A program made the translations under genes and the position numbers. From a virus: a stretch of 64,000 nucleotides of DNA. Positions within the stretch are counted from its first letter, which is position 1; each line of letters opens with the position of its first letter. The notes beneath the pieces are model-generated. The model made no database searches. It saw only the letters and a list, made by a program, of their open reading frames with translations, and was not told the origin of the DNA. This document shows, one piece after another, positions 9,364 through 19,400 of this stretch. The DNA lies in the IMG/VR virus record IMGVR_UViG_3300025057_000003, positions 32,001-96,000 of that record. The stretch is one strand, 5' to 3'.

Positions 9364-12300
9364 ATGGGTTATAGAGATTTAAACAATAGAGGTTTGCATG
9401 CAATGAGGATGCAGCAATTTATGCAAGGAGGTGGTCAACCACAAATGGCGCCACCACAAATGGAAGCAAAGCAATCCCCTATAGATGAACTAATACCTGC
9501 TATAAAGTCAGCTCTAGAACAAGGTGCTGCTTTACCAGACGTTATTGTTAGTTTAGCGCAAAATCAAGTTCCAATTGAAGCTATCCAACAAGCTTTAATG
9601 GCAGCAGGTATAGCTCAAGAAGAAATTCAGCAAGCTTTTCAAATGCTGCAACAACAGCAGGCTGAACTTGAAAGTCAATCTCAACAAACAGAAGGACCTG
9701 TTGAACCTTCTGCTCAACCACAAGGAGGGGCACCTGCTCCAGAAATGGCGCCTGAGCAAGCTCAAATGCCAATGGCACAAGGAGGTGCTGAAATTGGATT
9801 TGCTCAACAAGGTCAAAATAATGTAGGACCTTCTATTAACTCAGATATCCCAGAATACCAAGAACCTATTGAAGAAGTCATCAGTGAAAGACTTGATGAA
9901 GAAGGTAAGGTAATAAAGGATAATTGGGAATACAAAAAAACTACAGATCCTAACACAGGTCAGATTTTTTATGAACGAAGAAAAAAGGGAAGTAAAAACT
10001 GGATTGATGCAGGAGAAGAAGGTAGTAATTCATATAGAGCTATTACAGATATTTTTGGTGATGACAAGACAAATTGGAAAAGTTCTCCAGAAAGAGCGGA
10101 TCATGTAGCAGGTCTAAAGCAAGGCTATAGGGATATGATGGCAGCACAAAAAGCTAAAGAGTTAGAGGCTGCAGCTCAAGAGCAAGGTATAGACTTTTCA
10201 AAATATGGTGTTAAGGTAATAAATTATCCATATGAATATAAAGGTATGCCTCCTGGACACATTGAAGCCGTATTCTATGATAAAGAAACAGGTGAACCAA
10301 TGAATGAAGTTGGTGGGATATCAACTAGAATTAATAGATGGGGTTCAGGTTATGGTGGCGATGGTCCAAGAATAACAGGAGATGAAGGTTATACTCAAGC
10401 ACTGGTAGATTTTGATGCTTTAAACATGCCAGGTGTTAGAAGTGCAGACTTAGATTTGACTCCAGAACAAATGATGCAATTTATCGCTGAGGCTAATAAG
10501 TTCAAAGGTACATCTTATAAGAATTTAAATGAAAAACAAAAGAATTTCTTAAAGATGATTAACCCTGATATTAGCCAAATACCTATGGCTTTTGGTACGG
10601 GTAGTGATGATAATTATGATTTCTTAACTTCCAATTGTGCAGATGGTGTTTGTAGAGGATTAGGTTTAGATAGAGATCAGTTTACATCTGCAGGAATAAC
10701 TAATCCAGAAAAAGTTATGGATTACATTTTACAAGGTAATAATATAAGCAATGTACAAGGAAAAAAAGGACCAAGTAAAGAAGAGTTTTTAAAAAATGTA
10801 ATTGATCAATCTGGAATTAATAAGTATACAATTGGCGGCTTATCTGATAAAAATATAAACATGTTGTCTGATTTTGTAGATAATATATCTAGAGAAGAGG
10901 CACAAAATCTAGCAACATATGCACCAATAGCTGCTCACTATGGTAACAAAACAAAAGAGGTTCTTAATAGAGGTATTGACTTAGATCAGTCCTTCGGAGA
11001 TATGCTTACAAATACTGGTAACTATTGGCGTGATTTAATTAAGAATAGTGCTGCAACTGGAATTGCAGGATATATGGCTCTTCCAGATGGTACTATACCA
11101 ACTGCGTTAGATGCTGGAGCAAGGGAATATATTTATGAGCCCATAAAAGATGCAACTGGTGGTTTAATTGATTTAGATCAATCTGCGGGTGACATGTTTG
11201 ACAACACAGTAAAATATTGGAAAAGAGAAGGAATTGGCGGTCTTTGGCCTTTTGAACAGGGGGGACAACCAAATAAATATTCAAGTATAATAAATGGTAA
11301 TAAAATGAAATATTCAAATCTATTTAAAAATGGAGGTGGTTATAATAACCCAGGCTTTAGATCATTACCTCAATATGTTCAAAACAAAATAAAAAGGAAT
11401 GCTCAGGAGGGAACTGAAATAGCAGAAGCTATACCTTTAGATATATCTGCAGAACAACAAGCATATATGGATGCTAAAGCTGCATATGATGCTGAGATGG
11501 CTAGAGTGCAGGGTGTTAGAAATAAGACTGCAGAGTTAGCTAGAAAATATGGTGATGCTAATGCATCTTACTCAGATGTAGGTATATCAGATAGATTAGC
11601 AAATTGGATTAATGATACAGGTTTTGCTTGTAATACATATTCTTGTCAGATTATGAGAGAAGCTGGAGCAACAATTCCACAAGGAACCGAACCATTTGAA
11701 ATGAATGGTAGAACATATCGTCCTGGAGATAAGCTTCCTATTATACCAGGTAATGCTCAATTTAACTCTTACGCTGATAAGTTAGGATTTGAACTTATGC
11801 CCAAAGGTACATTGCCAACAGAAGCTGGAGATCTTGTTAGAGGGCATATGTATAATGCAGGTCCGGGTGCAAGTAGCGGTTCATTTCATAGTGTGCTTTC
11901 TGCAGGGTATGGTGATGATGAAATTTTAGATCTATATAATAACCCAGGAGGTGTGTATTCAGGATATCAAAAATCTGGATTTGAAGGTAGTGATCCTGAC
12001 TTTTATACAAATGATTCTGGTGTAATGAGATATGTTGGAGACTCAATAAGATTAAAAGAAGCAATGGATAAAGCTAAGCAAGCATATGATGCAACCATGC
12101 CTCTTGATCAATCAGTAGTTGATTCAAATCCAAACTCTATAGCAAACCTTACTAGGCAATATGGAGGTGAAGGTATGGCAGAAATTCAGCAAGGTCCTCA
12201 ACGTACACCTAGCACGGAAGAATTAATGGCTATAATACAAAAACAACAGATGCAAATGCAACAAATGCAAATGCAGATGCAACAAATGATGCAGGCGCAA

Positions 12301-12453
12301 CAAGCGGAAAAAGAAGTTGGGCAAGCAGAAATGGCAATGCAACCTACTTATAGAACGCAGAGTGCTCAAAAGCAATCTGGAGGAACAGTAGAACTTGATA
12401 CTGAAACAATAGCAAAGATAATGGCTGCCGGTGGTAGCGTTAAATTTAAATAA
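9364..12453 (+). CDS. Multidomain virion/ejection protein with permuted papain-like and NlpC/P60-like domains
   Basis: 1029 aa with Q/M-rich ends. GHIEAVF...YDFLTSNCADGVCRGL gives His-before-Cys (permuted papain/PPPDE/LRAT order); ACNTYSCQIM..EAGDLVRG..FHSVL is NlpC/P60-like. Confidence 0.65.
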   Translation: MGYRDLNNRGLHAMRMQQFMQGGGQPQMAPPQMEAKQSPIDELIPAIKSALEQGAALPDVIVSLAQNQVPIEAIQQALMAAGIAQEEIQQAFQMLQQQQAELESQSQQTEGPVEPSAQPQGGAPAPEMAPEQAQMPMAQGGAEIGFAQQGQNNVGPSINSDIPEYQEPIEEVISERLDEEGKVIKDNWEYKKTTDPNTGQIFYERRKKGSKNWIDAGEEGSNSYRAITDIFGDDKTNWKSSPERADHVAGLKQGYRDMMAAQKAKELEAAAQEQGIDFSKYGVKVINYPYEYKGMPPGHIEAVFYDKETGEPMNEVGGISTRINRWGSGYGGDGPRITGDEGYTQALVDFDALNMPGVRSADLDLTPEQMMQFIAEANKFKGTSYKNLNEKQKNFLKMINPDISQIPMAFGTGSDDNYDFLTSNCADGVCRGLGLDRDQFTSAGITNPEKVMDYILQGNNISNVQGKKGPSKEEFLKNVIDQSGINKYTIGGLSDKNINMLSDFVDNISREEAQNLATYAPIAAHYGNKTKEVLNRGIDLDQSFGDMLTNTGNYWRDLIKNSAATGIAGYMALPDGTIPTALDAGAREYIYEPIKDATGGLIDLDQSAGDMFDNTVKYWKREGIGGLWPFEQGGQPNKYSSIINGNKMKYSNLFKNGGGYNNPGFRSLPQYVQNKIKRNAQEGTEIAEAIPLDISAEQQAYMDAKAAYDAEMARVQGVRNKTAELARKYGDANASYSDVGISDRLANWINDTGFACNTYSCQIMREAGATIPQGTEPFEMNGRTYRPGDKLPIIPGNAQFNSYADKLGFELMPKGTLPTEAGDLVRGHMYNAGPGASSGSFHSVLSAGYGDDEILDLYNNPGGVYSGYQKSGFEGSDPDFYTNDSGVMRYVGDSIRLKEAMDKAKQAYDATMPLDQSVVDSNPNSIANLTRQYGGEGMAEIQQGPQRTPSTEELMAIIQKQQMQMQQMQMQMQQMMQAQQAEKEVGQAEMAMQPTYRTQSAQKQSGGTVELDTETIAKIMAAGGSVKFK

Positions 12454-12454
12454 T

Positions 12455-15400
12455 ATGCCTAAAGTTAAAAACAGTAAACATAGGGTTGAGGTAACTTTAC
12501 CTGATGGATTTCAATTAGTAGATGGCAAACTAGTTAAAAAAGGACATGGTGGTCATGTTACCGGTGATCAATATGAGTATGGGTTAACTACATTTAATCC
12601 ACATGCTGGTGAATCTATGGGCCCAAAAGATACAGATGTAAAGTATAGCTTATCATCTGTACCTAGAGATATAGCTAATATAGAAGCTGAAGGTGGTGAA
12701 ACTGTTTTAACTGATTTAAATAATGATGGTCAGTTTGGTCTTTATGATATAGTTGGCCCTAGACATTCTAGCGGTGGTGTACCAATGTTACTACCAGAAC
12801 AATCATTTATTTTTTCTGATACCCAGGCAATGAAAATGGGTAAAGGTATGTTAGCAGAACATGGAATTCAGTCTAGAAAGAAGATGACTCCTGCTAAAGT
12901 ATCTAAACAATATAACTTAAATAAATATTACGGTATTCTAAATGATGAGTATGCAGATAAGATACAAGCTAATACAGCAGATCTTATGTTGCAGAAAAAC
13001 AAAGAAGGTTTATCTAAGTTAGCTTTTCAATCAGAGATGATGAAAGGATTTGAGGAAGGCGTACCTTTAGCCGCATATCCTTATATACAATCTATAGGTA
13101 TGGACCCATTTGAGTTTGCTCAAAAAATGGAAGGCATGCAGCAAGGTTCTGGTGATCAGCAAGCTCAACCAATGAATGAAGCAGATGCTCAAGCAATGAG
13201 TGCAATGGCTGCCTATGGTAGAGAATTAAATCAAGCTCAGTTTGGCTATGGTAACATTGGCGGAATGGGTTTTGATAATTATAGAAATTTCAATCAAGTA
13301 TTTGGTGAAGATATGGTACGTCCTAATATAAGGAGTGCTTATATGCCAATGAATCTTAATATGAAAGGGAATGCTATTGGTGCATTTAACAATCTTGTAG
13401 AAGGCGCTGGTAGATTATTTAGTAAGCAAGATGAAGATGGAGATGGTTTAGCTGATGGTGCTTTTAGAGATTTAAAAGCTAAAACTAATAGATATAGAGA
13501 TACTCATAAATTCTTAAAAGGTAAGACTACAGAGGGAATGGAGAATATGGGTGATAAAACTATGCTAAAGTATAATCCTGAAACAATGGGATATGATGTC
13601 CAGTATAATGATCCTAGATATCAATCTAATGTAAAAACGGGAGATATCTTTACAGAGAAAAGCAAGCGTAAACTAATGCATGCACCTGATCTAGAAGGCT
13701 ACAAGTCATTTAATGAAATGCAAAAAGAAATGTCAGGTTTATCTGATGATCAAAAAGACCAAATGAGATATATGGGTGAAAGCCTAACTGATTTTCAAAA
13801 CGAAAAGGTAAATATGCCAAAAGGGATGCAGTTTGGAATGGATGCTAGCGGAGGTATTGGATACTATGATGCGGGAGCAACTTTACCTGAAGGAAGTCAA
13901 GAGCGTATTAACGAAATGATGATGACAGGTAGTTATAATAAAAGACTTGGTGGAGGATTAAGAAAAGCTCAATTTGGAAACTTTGATTTTACACAATTAC
14001 CACCAGAGCTTGCAAAATATTTTCCTAATCAATCACAACAAGATTTTGGCCCTATGGGTCCTACACCGTATCAGCAAAAAATGATGAATCAAGCTGAGCA
14101 AATTAAGAATGATCCTGCAAGTTTTTTCCAAAACTTTAACCCGCAAACATTTGGTCAAACTGATGACTATGCTAATGTACAAAGTTTAGGTCCAGATCTT
14201 AAACTACAACAAGATGTTAAAAATAGAAATGAAGTAACTCCAGAAGATCCAGATCCACGAAATGCAGGAGAAAAATTAGCAGGAGGTATAAATAGAATGA
14301 TGAATAGCCCTCTTATGAATGCATTTGGTGAAGGTTCTGTTTTTGCAACTAAAGGTGCTGACTTTATAAATGAGATGGCAAAAAATAGAAAAAGAAAAAG
14401 AGCTGAGAATGATCTGCAGAGGATGACTATGGCAGATAATCAGTTTGGTATATCAGAGCCGGGTATATTATCTCAAGGTACTTATGATGAGAATACTGGT
14501 GATGTATTTTCAATTATGCAAGGTGTTTCTCCATTTGGAGGAAATGCTTCTTACTATGGTAAGCATGGTTTTGAAATACCTATGTTGCAAGATGGAGGAG
14601 AACCATCTTGGAAAGTAGGTGATGAGCTAACTGGAGGTACTGATGCTTGGACTGATTGGTATATGTCAGATGAGAATAAAGACGGAAGAAAGAAAAGATA
14701 TGAAACTTACGTATTCTTAAAAGAAGCTCAGGCAAAAAAGCAAGGAAAGACGTTTGATAAAAGCAAGCTTCCTACAGAAGAAGAATTTCATGATACTTAT
14801 GTAAGAGCTCAGAAACAAATCAATGCTATACAAAACTTTGATTTTGGTGATCCAGATTATTTAAAAAGAACAGATTGGGATTCTTCATGGGAGTTTGATC
14901 CTAAGTATAAGAATGCTAAACAAGCTTTAAAAGCTGGAGCAGCAACAAAAAGAGGTCAAAACTTTAGATATAAAGATGCAATTAAACAAATCAATGATAA
15001 GATTAAACAAGATGCTAAGGTAAACAATCCCGATATCACTGATGAAGAATTAAATAAACTTTTATTTAAAGAGTTAGATGACGCAGGAATTAGAATATTC
15101 CAAACAGGATATCAAGCTGGTCAAATAATGAATGTAGCAGATAATGATGAGTTTCTAAAGTTTATTCAGTCTGGTATTGATGATGACACATTTACATGGA
15201 ATGGTGTAACTTATACTATATCTCCTGAAGATGCAGCATTTGGTAATACAACTGTAGGTCAAAGAGAACAAACTACTGTACCTATATATCCTTGTAAACC
15301 TTGTCCTGATGGACCAGATAAAGGAAAAGTTCCTGAAAGAGATGAGGATGGTAATTGCCCTTGTGGTGATTGTCCTACATGTCCAGAAGGTAAAGTTCCC

Positions 15401-16342
15401 GGACTGCCAACTGAATCTGAACCATGTCCTTGTCAAGACGCACGAAAAATTGAAGAGCCTGATGATCCAGAAATGGCGGCTCCTCCTGAAATGACACCAT
15501 GGATTCAAGATCTAATTAAGACAGAAGCTATTGCAAATAGAGAAAGAGATATGTTCTTTCCATGGGAACCTGCAGTTAGAAGATCTAACTTAGAAGTAAT
15601 GTTAGAAGATCCTAACAGAGCAATTAATGCAGCTAATGCTCAATATGCAGCTTCTGCCCAAGCTCTTGGTGCTTTTGGAGGTAAGAATCAATTAGCAGCA
15701 AATTTATCTGGAATGGCTGGACAAGCTGCAGATAATGTTGCAAATATAATTGCTGGTGTAAATGCAAGAAATGTTGCAAGTGTTAACCGAGCTAATGAGG
15801 TTAATCAAAACATAGAAATGCAACTTAATCAATTAGAGGATGCAAGTAAAGTTAGACAGTATGATAATACTCAAAAAGTTCTACAAACATATATGGATGA
15901 AAAGAACTTTGATAGAGAACAATACGCAGATGCTATAGCTAATACAATTACAAATATGGCTAACACATATAATGTAAATCAAATGTATGACTACTTTAAT
16001 ATTGATCCACTAAGAGGAGGTGTTGTAGGTCAAGTAGGTGCTAAAGCATTCCAACCTACTCCAGAACAAGATGAGTGGGCATTTATGGATGATTGGATGG
16101 AAGCAACTAAAAGAGCTAAAACAATGGGTCTTGTAAATAAAGAGGGGAATGTTGATCCTGCAGTTATACAAGGAATACTTCAATCAAAAAGTGGTCAGCG
16201 TAACTATGCAGATCCAAGAGAAGAAGCATGGAGACAGCAGTATAGAAACTATATGGCCGGAGCTCAGACAAGAAAAACAGGTGGTCAACCTGAGATGAAG
16301 AAATGGGCTAGTCCATTTTATACAGGGAAGATGGGAGTATAA
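12455..16342 (+). CDS. Internal virion protein (EAEGGE-containing N-terminal domain, Cys/Pro-rich linker, helical C-terminus)
   Basis: The track ORF 12431..16342 starts at GTG; the ATG at 12455, immediately after the upstream stop, is more likely. NIEAEGGET..GPRHSSGGV..FIFSD N-terminal motif; located in the cargo gene block. Confidence 0.65.
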   Translation: MPKVKNSKHRVEVTLPDGFQLVDGKLVKKGHGGHVTGDQYEYGLTTFNPHAGESMGPKDTDVKYSLSSVPRDIANIEAEGGETVLTDLNNDGQFGLYDIVGPRHSSGGVPMLLPEQSFIFSDTQAMKMGKGMLAEHGIQSRKKMTPAKVSKQYNLNKYYGILNDEYADKIQANTADLMLQKNKEGLSKLAFQSEMMKGFEEGVPLAAYPYIQSIGMDPFEFAQKMEGMQQGSGDQQAQPMNEADAQAMSAMAAYGRELNQAQFGYGNIGGMGFDNYRNFNQVFGEDMVRPNIRSAYMPMNLNMKGNAIGAFNNLVEGAGRLFSKQDEDGDGLADGAFRDLKAKTNRYRDTHKFLKGKTTEGMENMGDKTMLKYNPETMGYDVQYNDPRYQSNVKTGDIFTEKSKRKLMHAPDLEGYKSFNEMQKEMSGLSDDQKDQMRYMGESLTDFQNEKVNMPKGMQFGMDASGGIGYYDAGATLPEGSQERINEMMMTGSYNKRLGGGLRKAQFGNFDFTQLPPELAKYFPNQSQQDFGPMGPTPYQQKMMNQAEQIKNDPASFFQNFNPQTFGQTDDYANVQSLGPDLKLQQDVKNRNEVTPEDPDPRNAGEKLAGGINRMMNSPLMNAFGEGSVFATKGADFINEMAKNRKRKRAENDLQRMTMADNQFGISEPGILSQGTYDENTGDVFSIMQGVSPFGGNASYYGKHGFEIPMLQDGGEPSWKVGDELTGGTDAWTDWYMSDENKDGRKKRYETYVFLKEAQAKKQGKTFDKSKLPTEEEFHDTYVRAQKQINAIQNFDFGDPDYLKRTDWDSSWEFDPKYKNAKQALKAGAATKRGQNFRYKDAIKQINDKIKQDAKVNNPDITDEELNKLLFKELDDAGIRIFQTGYQAGQIMNVADNDEFLKFIQSGIDDDTFTWNGVTYTISPEDAAFGNTTVGQREQTTVPIYPCKPCPDGPDKGKVPERDEDGNCPCGDCPTCPEGKVPGLPTESEPCPCQDARKIEEPDDPEMAAPPEMTPWIQDLIKTEAIANRERDMFFPWEPAVRRSNLEVMLEDPNRAINAANAQYAASAQALGAFGGKNQLAANLSGMAGQAADNVANIIAGVNARNVASVNRANEVNQNIEMQLNQLEDASKVRQYDNTQKVLQTYMDEKNFDREQYADAIANTITNMANTYNVNQMYDYFNIDPLRGGVVGQVGAKAFQPTPEQDEWAFMDDWMEATKRAKTMGLVNKEGNVDPAVIQGILQSKSGQRNYADPREEAWRQQYRNYMAGAQTRKTGGQPEMKKWASPFYTGKMGV

Positions 16343-16401
16343 ACTTTAAAAGTGTTTTTAATTTGCTTTTTAAACTTATCAAATTTCATTAATTTAGTAC
16401 T

Positions 16402-19400
16402 ATGGCAACGTATATACCAGGAGTAGGAAGTTATTTACCAGAATTTAAACCGTTTACACCGGACTATAAATTCTTGTCTAATGTTTTAGATACAAAGACT
16501 ACAAAGTATGAAACTAACTTTAAAGCATTAAATGATGTTTACAGTAAAGTTGTATATGGTAATCTTTCTAGAAAAGATACTCAGGAGATGCGTGATCAGT
16601 ACGCTGAAAGCTTAGCACCTAAACTTCAACAAATTGCAGGATCTGATTTATCAATGGCTCAAAATGTTGAAGCAGCTAAAGGTTTATTCAGACCTTTCTT
16701 TGAAGAAGATCTTATTGTTAAAGATCTAGCTATGACTAAGAAGTATAGGAATGAAATGCAATATGCCGACATGCTTAAGAATTCTACAGTAAAAGAAGAA
16801 AGAGAAAAGTACTGGCAAACTGGTGTTCAAAAGATGCAATATGAAATGCAAGATTTTGTTGATGCACAAGAGGATAAAGCATTGCGAATGGGAATGATTC
16901 AATATACTCCTGATTCAGACTTGTATCAAATGGCCATGAATTATTTAAATGAATCTGAACTTGGTACAGATGTAATTACAGAAATATCTGAAAATGGTGA
17001 GTGGATGATCCATAGAAAGAATGGAGATTTAATAACTAATGAAGCTTTAACTATGGTGCAAAAGGCACTTAAGGATGATCCAATGGTTGTTAATGCTTAT
17101 CATGCTGCAGAATTTGTTAAGTCAAGACAATATGCGGACCAAGGTATCAAAGAAGGCAGATTTCAAACAATTGATCAAGGTCAACATGAATGGGCTACAA
17201 ATAAAATTGCGGAGATTGAAGCTGAAATAGAAAAAAGAAAAGCAGCATTAGAATCTCAAAAGAAGAAAGCAGAAGAAAAAAATACAGCTTGGCAAAATGC
17301 GCAAAAGCAAAACGGCATTATAAAAGGAAGTGAAGAAGAAAAATTAAAGAATAGCAATAAATCTGATTTAGAGGCATTACGAGAAAGGCTTAATGAATTA
17401 AATCTTTTAGAAGCAGATCAACCTGAATCAGAAAAAAAGTTTAAGACTACGGGTGAATATGATCCTGCAGATACACAATCTCTACTATACAGAGCATATG
17501 GTTTAAGCATGAACTATAACATGGAATCAGATTTACAGGCTGCGGCTTTAAACTATTCTAAGAAGGACGCAATGGTAAAACTAGAGGCCAATGAATATGC
17601 AGTGCTAGCAAAAAGGCATAAATATGATATGGATAAACTTGCAGCTCAGCATGAGTATAAGAAGAGAGAGATGCAAATCAAAGATGCATATGATAAACAA
17701 AATATTGCATTAAAAGCTCAACTTGAAGCTGAGGCTTCTGGTATAGATAAGTTGGATGGTTTAGGTTCTGATGTAATAACTGGAGAAGATGGAACTGTAA
17801 GAGGCGGTTACACAAATGAAGATGGAGAGTTTGAGATGGACGGAGATTATATAGATAATCAAAAAGGCGGAATTGCAGATAGACAACAAGAAGTTAATGC
17901 CTCAAAAGTCAACTTCTTAATTAAAAATTTAGAAAAACAAAAAGATCAAACTAATAGCGGATCAGGTTTACTTAAGTTTGGAAACTTAGAACCAATGACT
18001 TCTCAACAACTCCAAAAATTATTAATAACTGATGGGAAGTTAAATGATAAATATAAAGGTGAGTTTAATAAAGCATTTGAAAGTCTTTCTAAAAATATAA
18101 GAGATATTGATCCAACGGTTGAAGCATTTGCGGATGGTTCACCATTATATTTTACTCAAGGAAATGAAGCTGCTGAATATGCTGCATTACGTAGTGAGTT
18201 AGATAATATAGAAAGTACAGAACTTCAACTTAATCATGCTTTAGAACAGTTATATAAAACTTCTAAAAGCAATCTAGATATAGCTATTACAACTAACTTT
18301 GATACTGACTATGATGAGGAAACTCAAGAGTTACTTCAAAAAGCAGTTATGGAATATGGCGCTCCTTCATTGTTTTATACAAATGAGAATGGCGTTGTTG
18401 ATATGTATGATGAAGATGAATACTTAGATGTATTTGCTGAATGGTCTAAAAAGAATGGAAATAAAGTATCTATAAAAGATACAAAGTATGATGATACTGC
18501 TTGGTATACAGGACGTGGTTCTGAAAGAATGGCTGTTGGTGATACCTGGGCAGGTTTAGGTCATGGTAAAAGTGAGACTATTACGTATGAAACTAGAAGA
18601 GTAAGTGATGGTCTTGGTGGAGCTTATATGCAGGTTCCTGTTAAAAGGTTAGGCTCTACTTTAGAATGGCAAAGAGATATATCTGATACACAAGCCCGTG
18701 ATTTTTATTCATCAATGAAAGAACTAAGCAACTTAGCTATTAGAGGAAAGCTTGAGTCTGTTCAAACAGTTACAGATAAAAAAGGAGATCTTGCCTCAGT
18801 TGGTAATAAGTTTGATGTATATGATGTTGAGCAAGCATTACGCGGGGTTGATAAAGCTAATATGACTGCAGGTGAAATAATGAATGTTCCTGCATATAGA
18901 GTCCTACTAGATCCAAGGGCTGTTACAGATGATGCTGCAATGTTTATAAAAGAAATAGATAAACTTGTCAATCAAAAAATGACAGAGCAAATGACATTTG
19001 GTGAGTATGCTTTTAATGAAGCATCTAAAGAAAGTAGTTATTGGGATGATGCAGATATAATTTCAGATAAAAATAATGATGATATGTTTAATTACGACAA
19101 AGCAGAACCTTTACTTAAACAGTATATAAGAGACCTTACAAAAAGAAGAAGCACAGATAGTAAATCAGTATCAGATTATCCAATAGCTGAAATTACATAC
19201 TATCCGTCATGGACTTCAAATAATAAAGAAGAAATGAATTCTCCTTATGCTGGATATGAAATTGAATTTAGTGAGGAGTATTTAGATGGTTTAAGAAAAG
19301 AAGGAGGTCTTTTGCACAACGTTAAAGGAAACAAGCTTAGTATCATTATAGATAGAGAGCAAGATCAAAATCCTAGAAAACTAGGTAAAATGAATTATTC

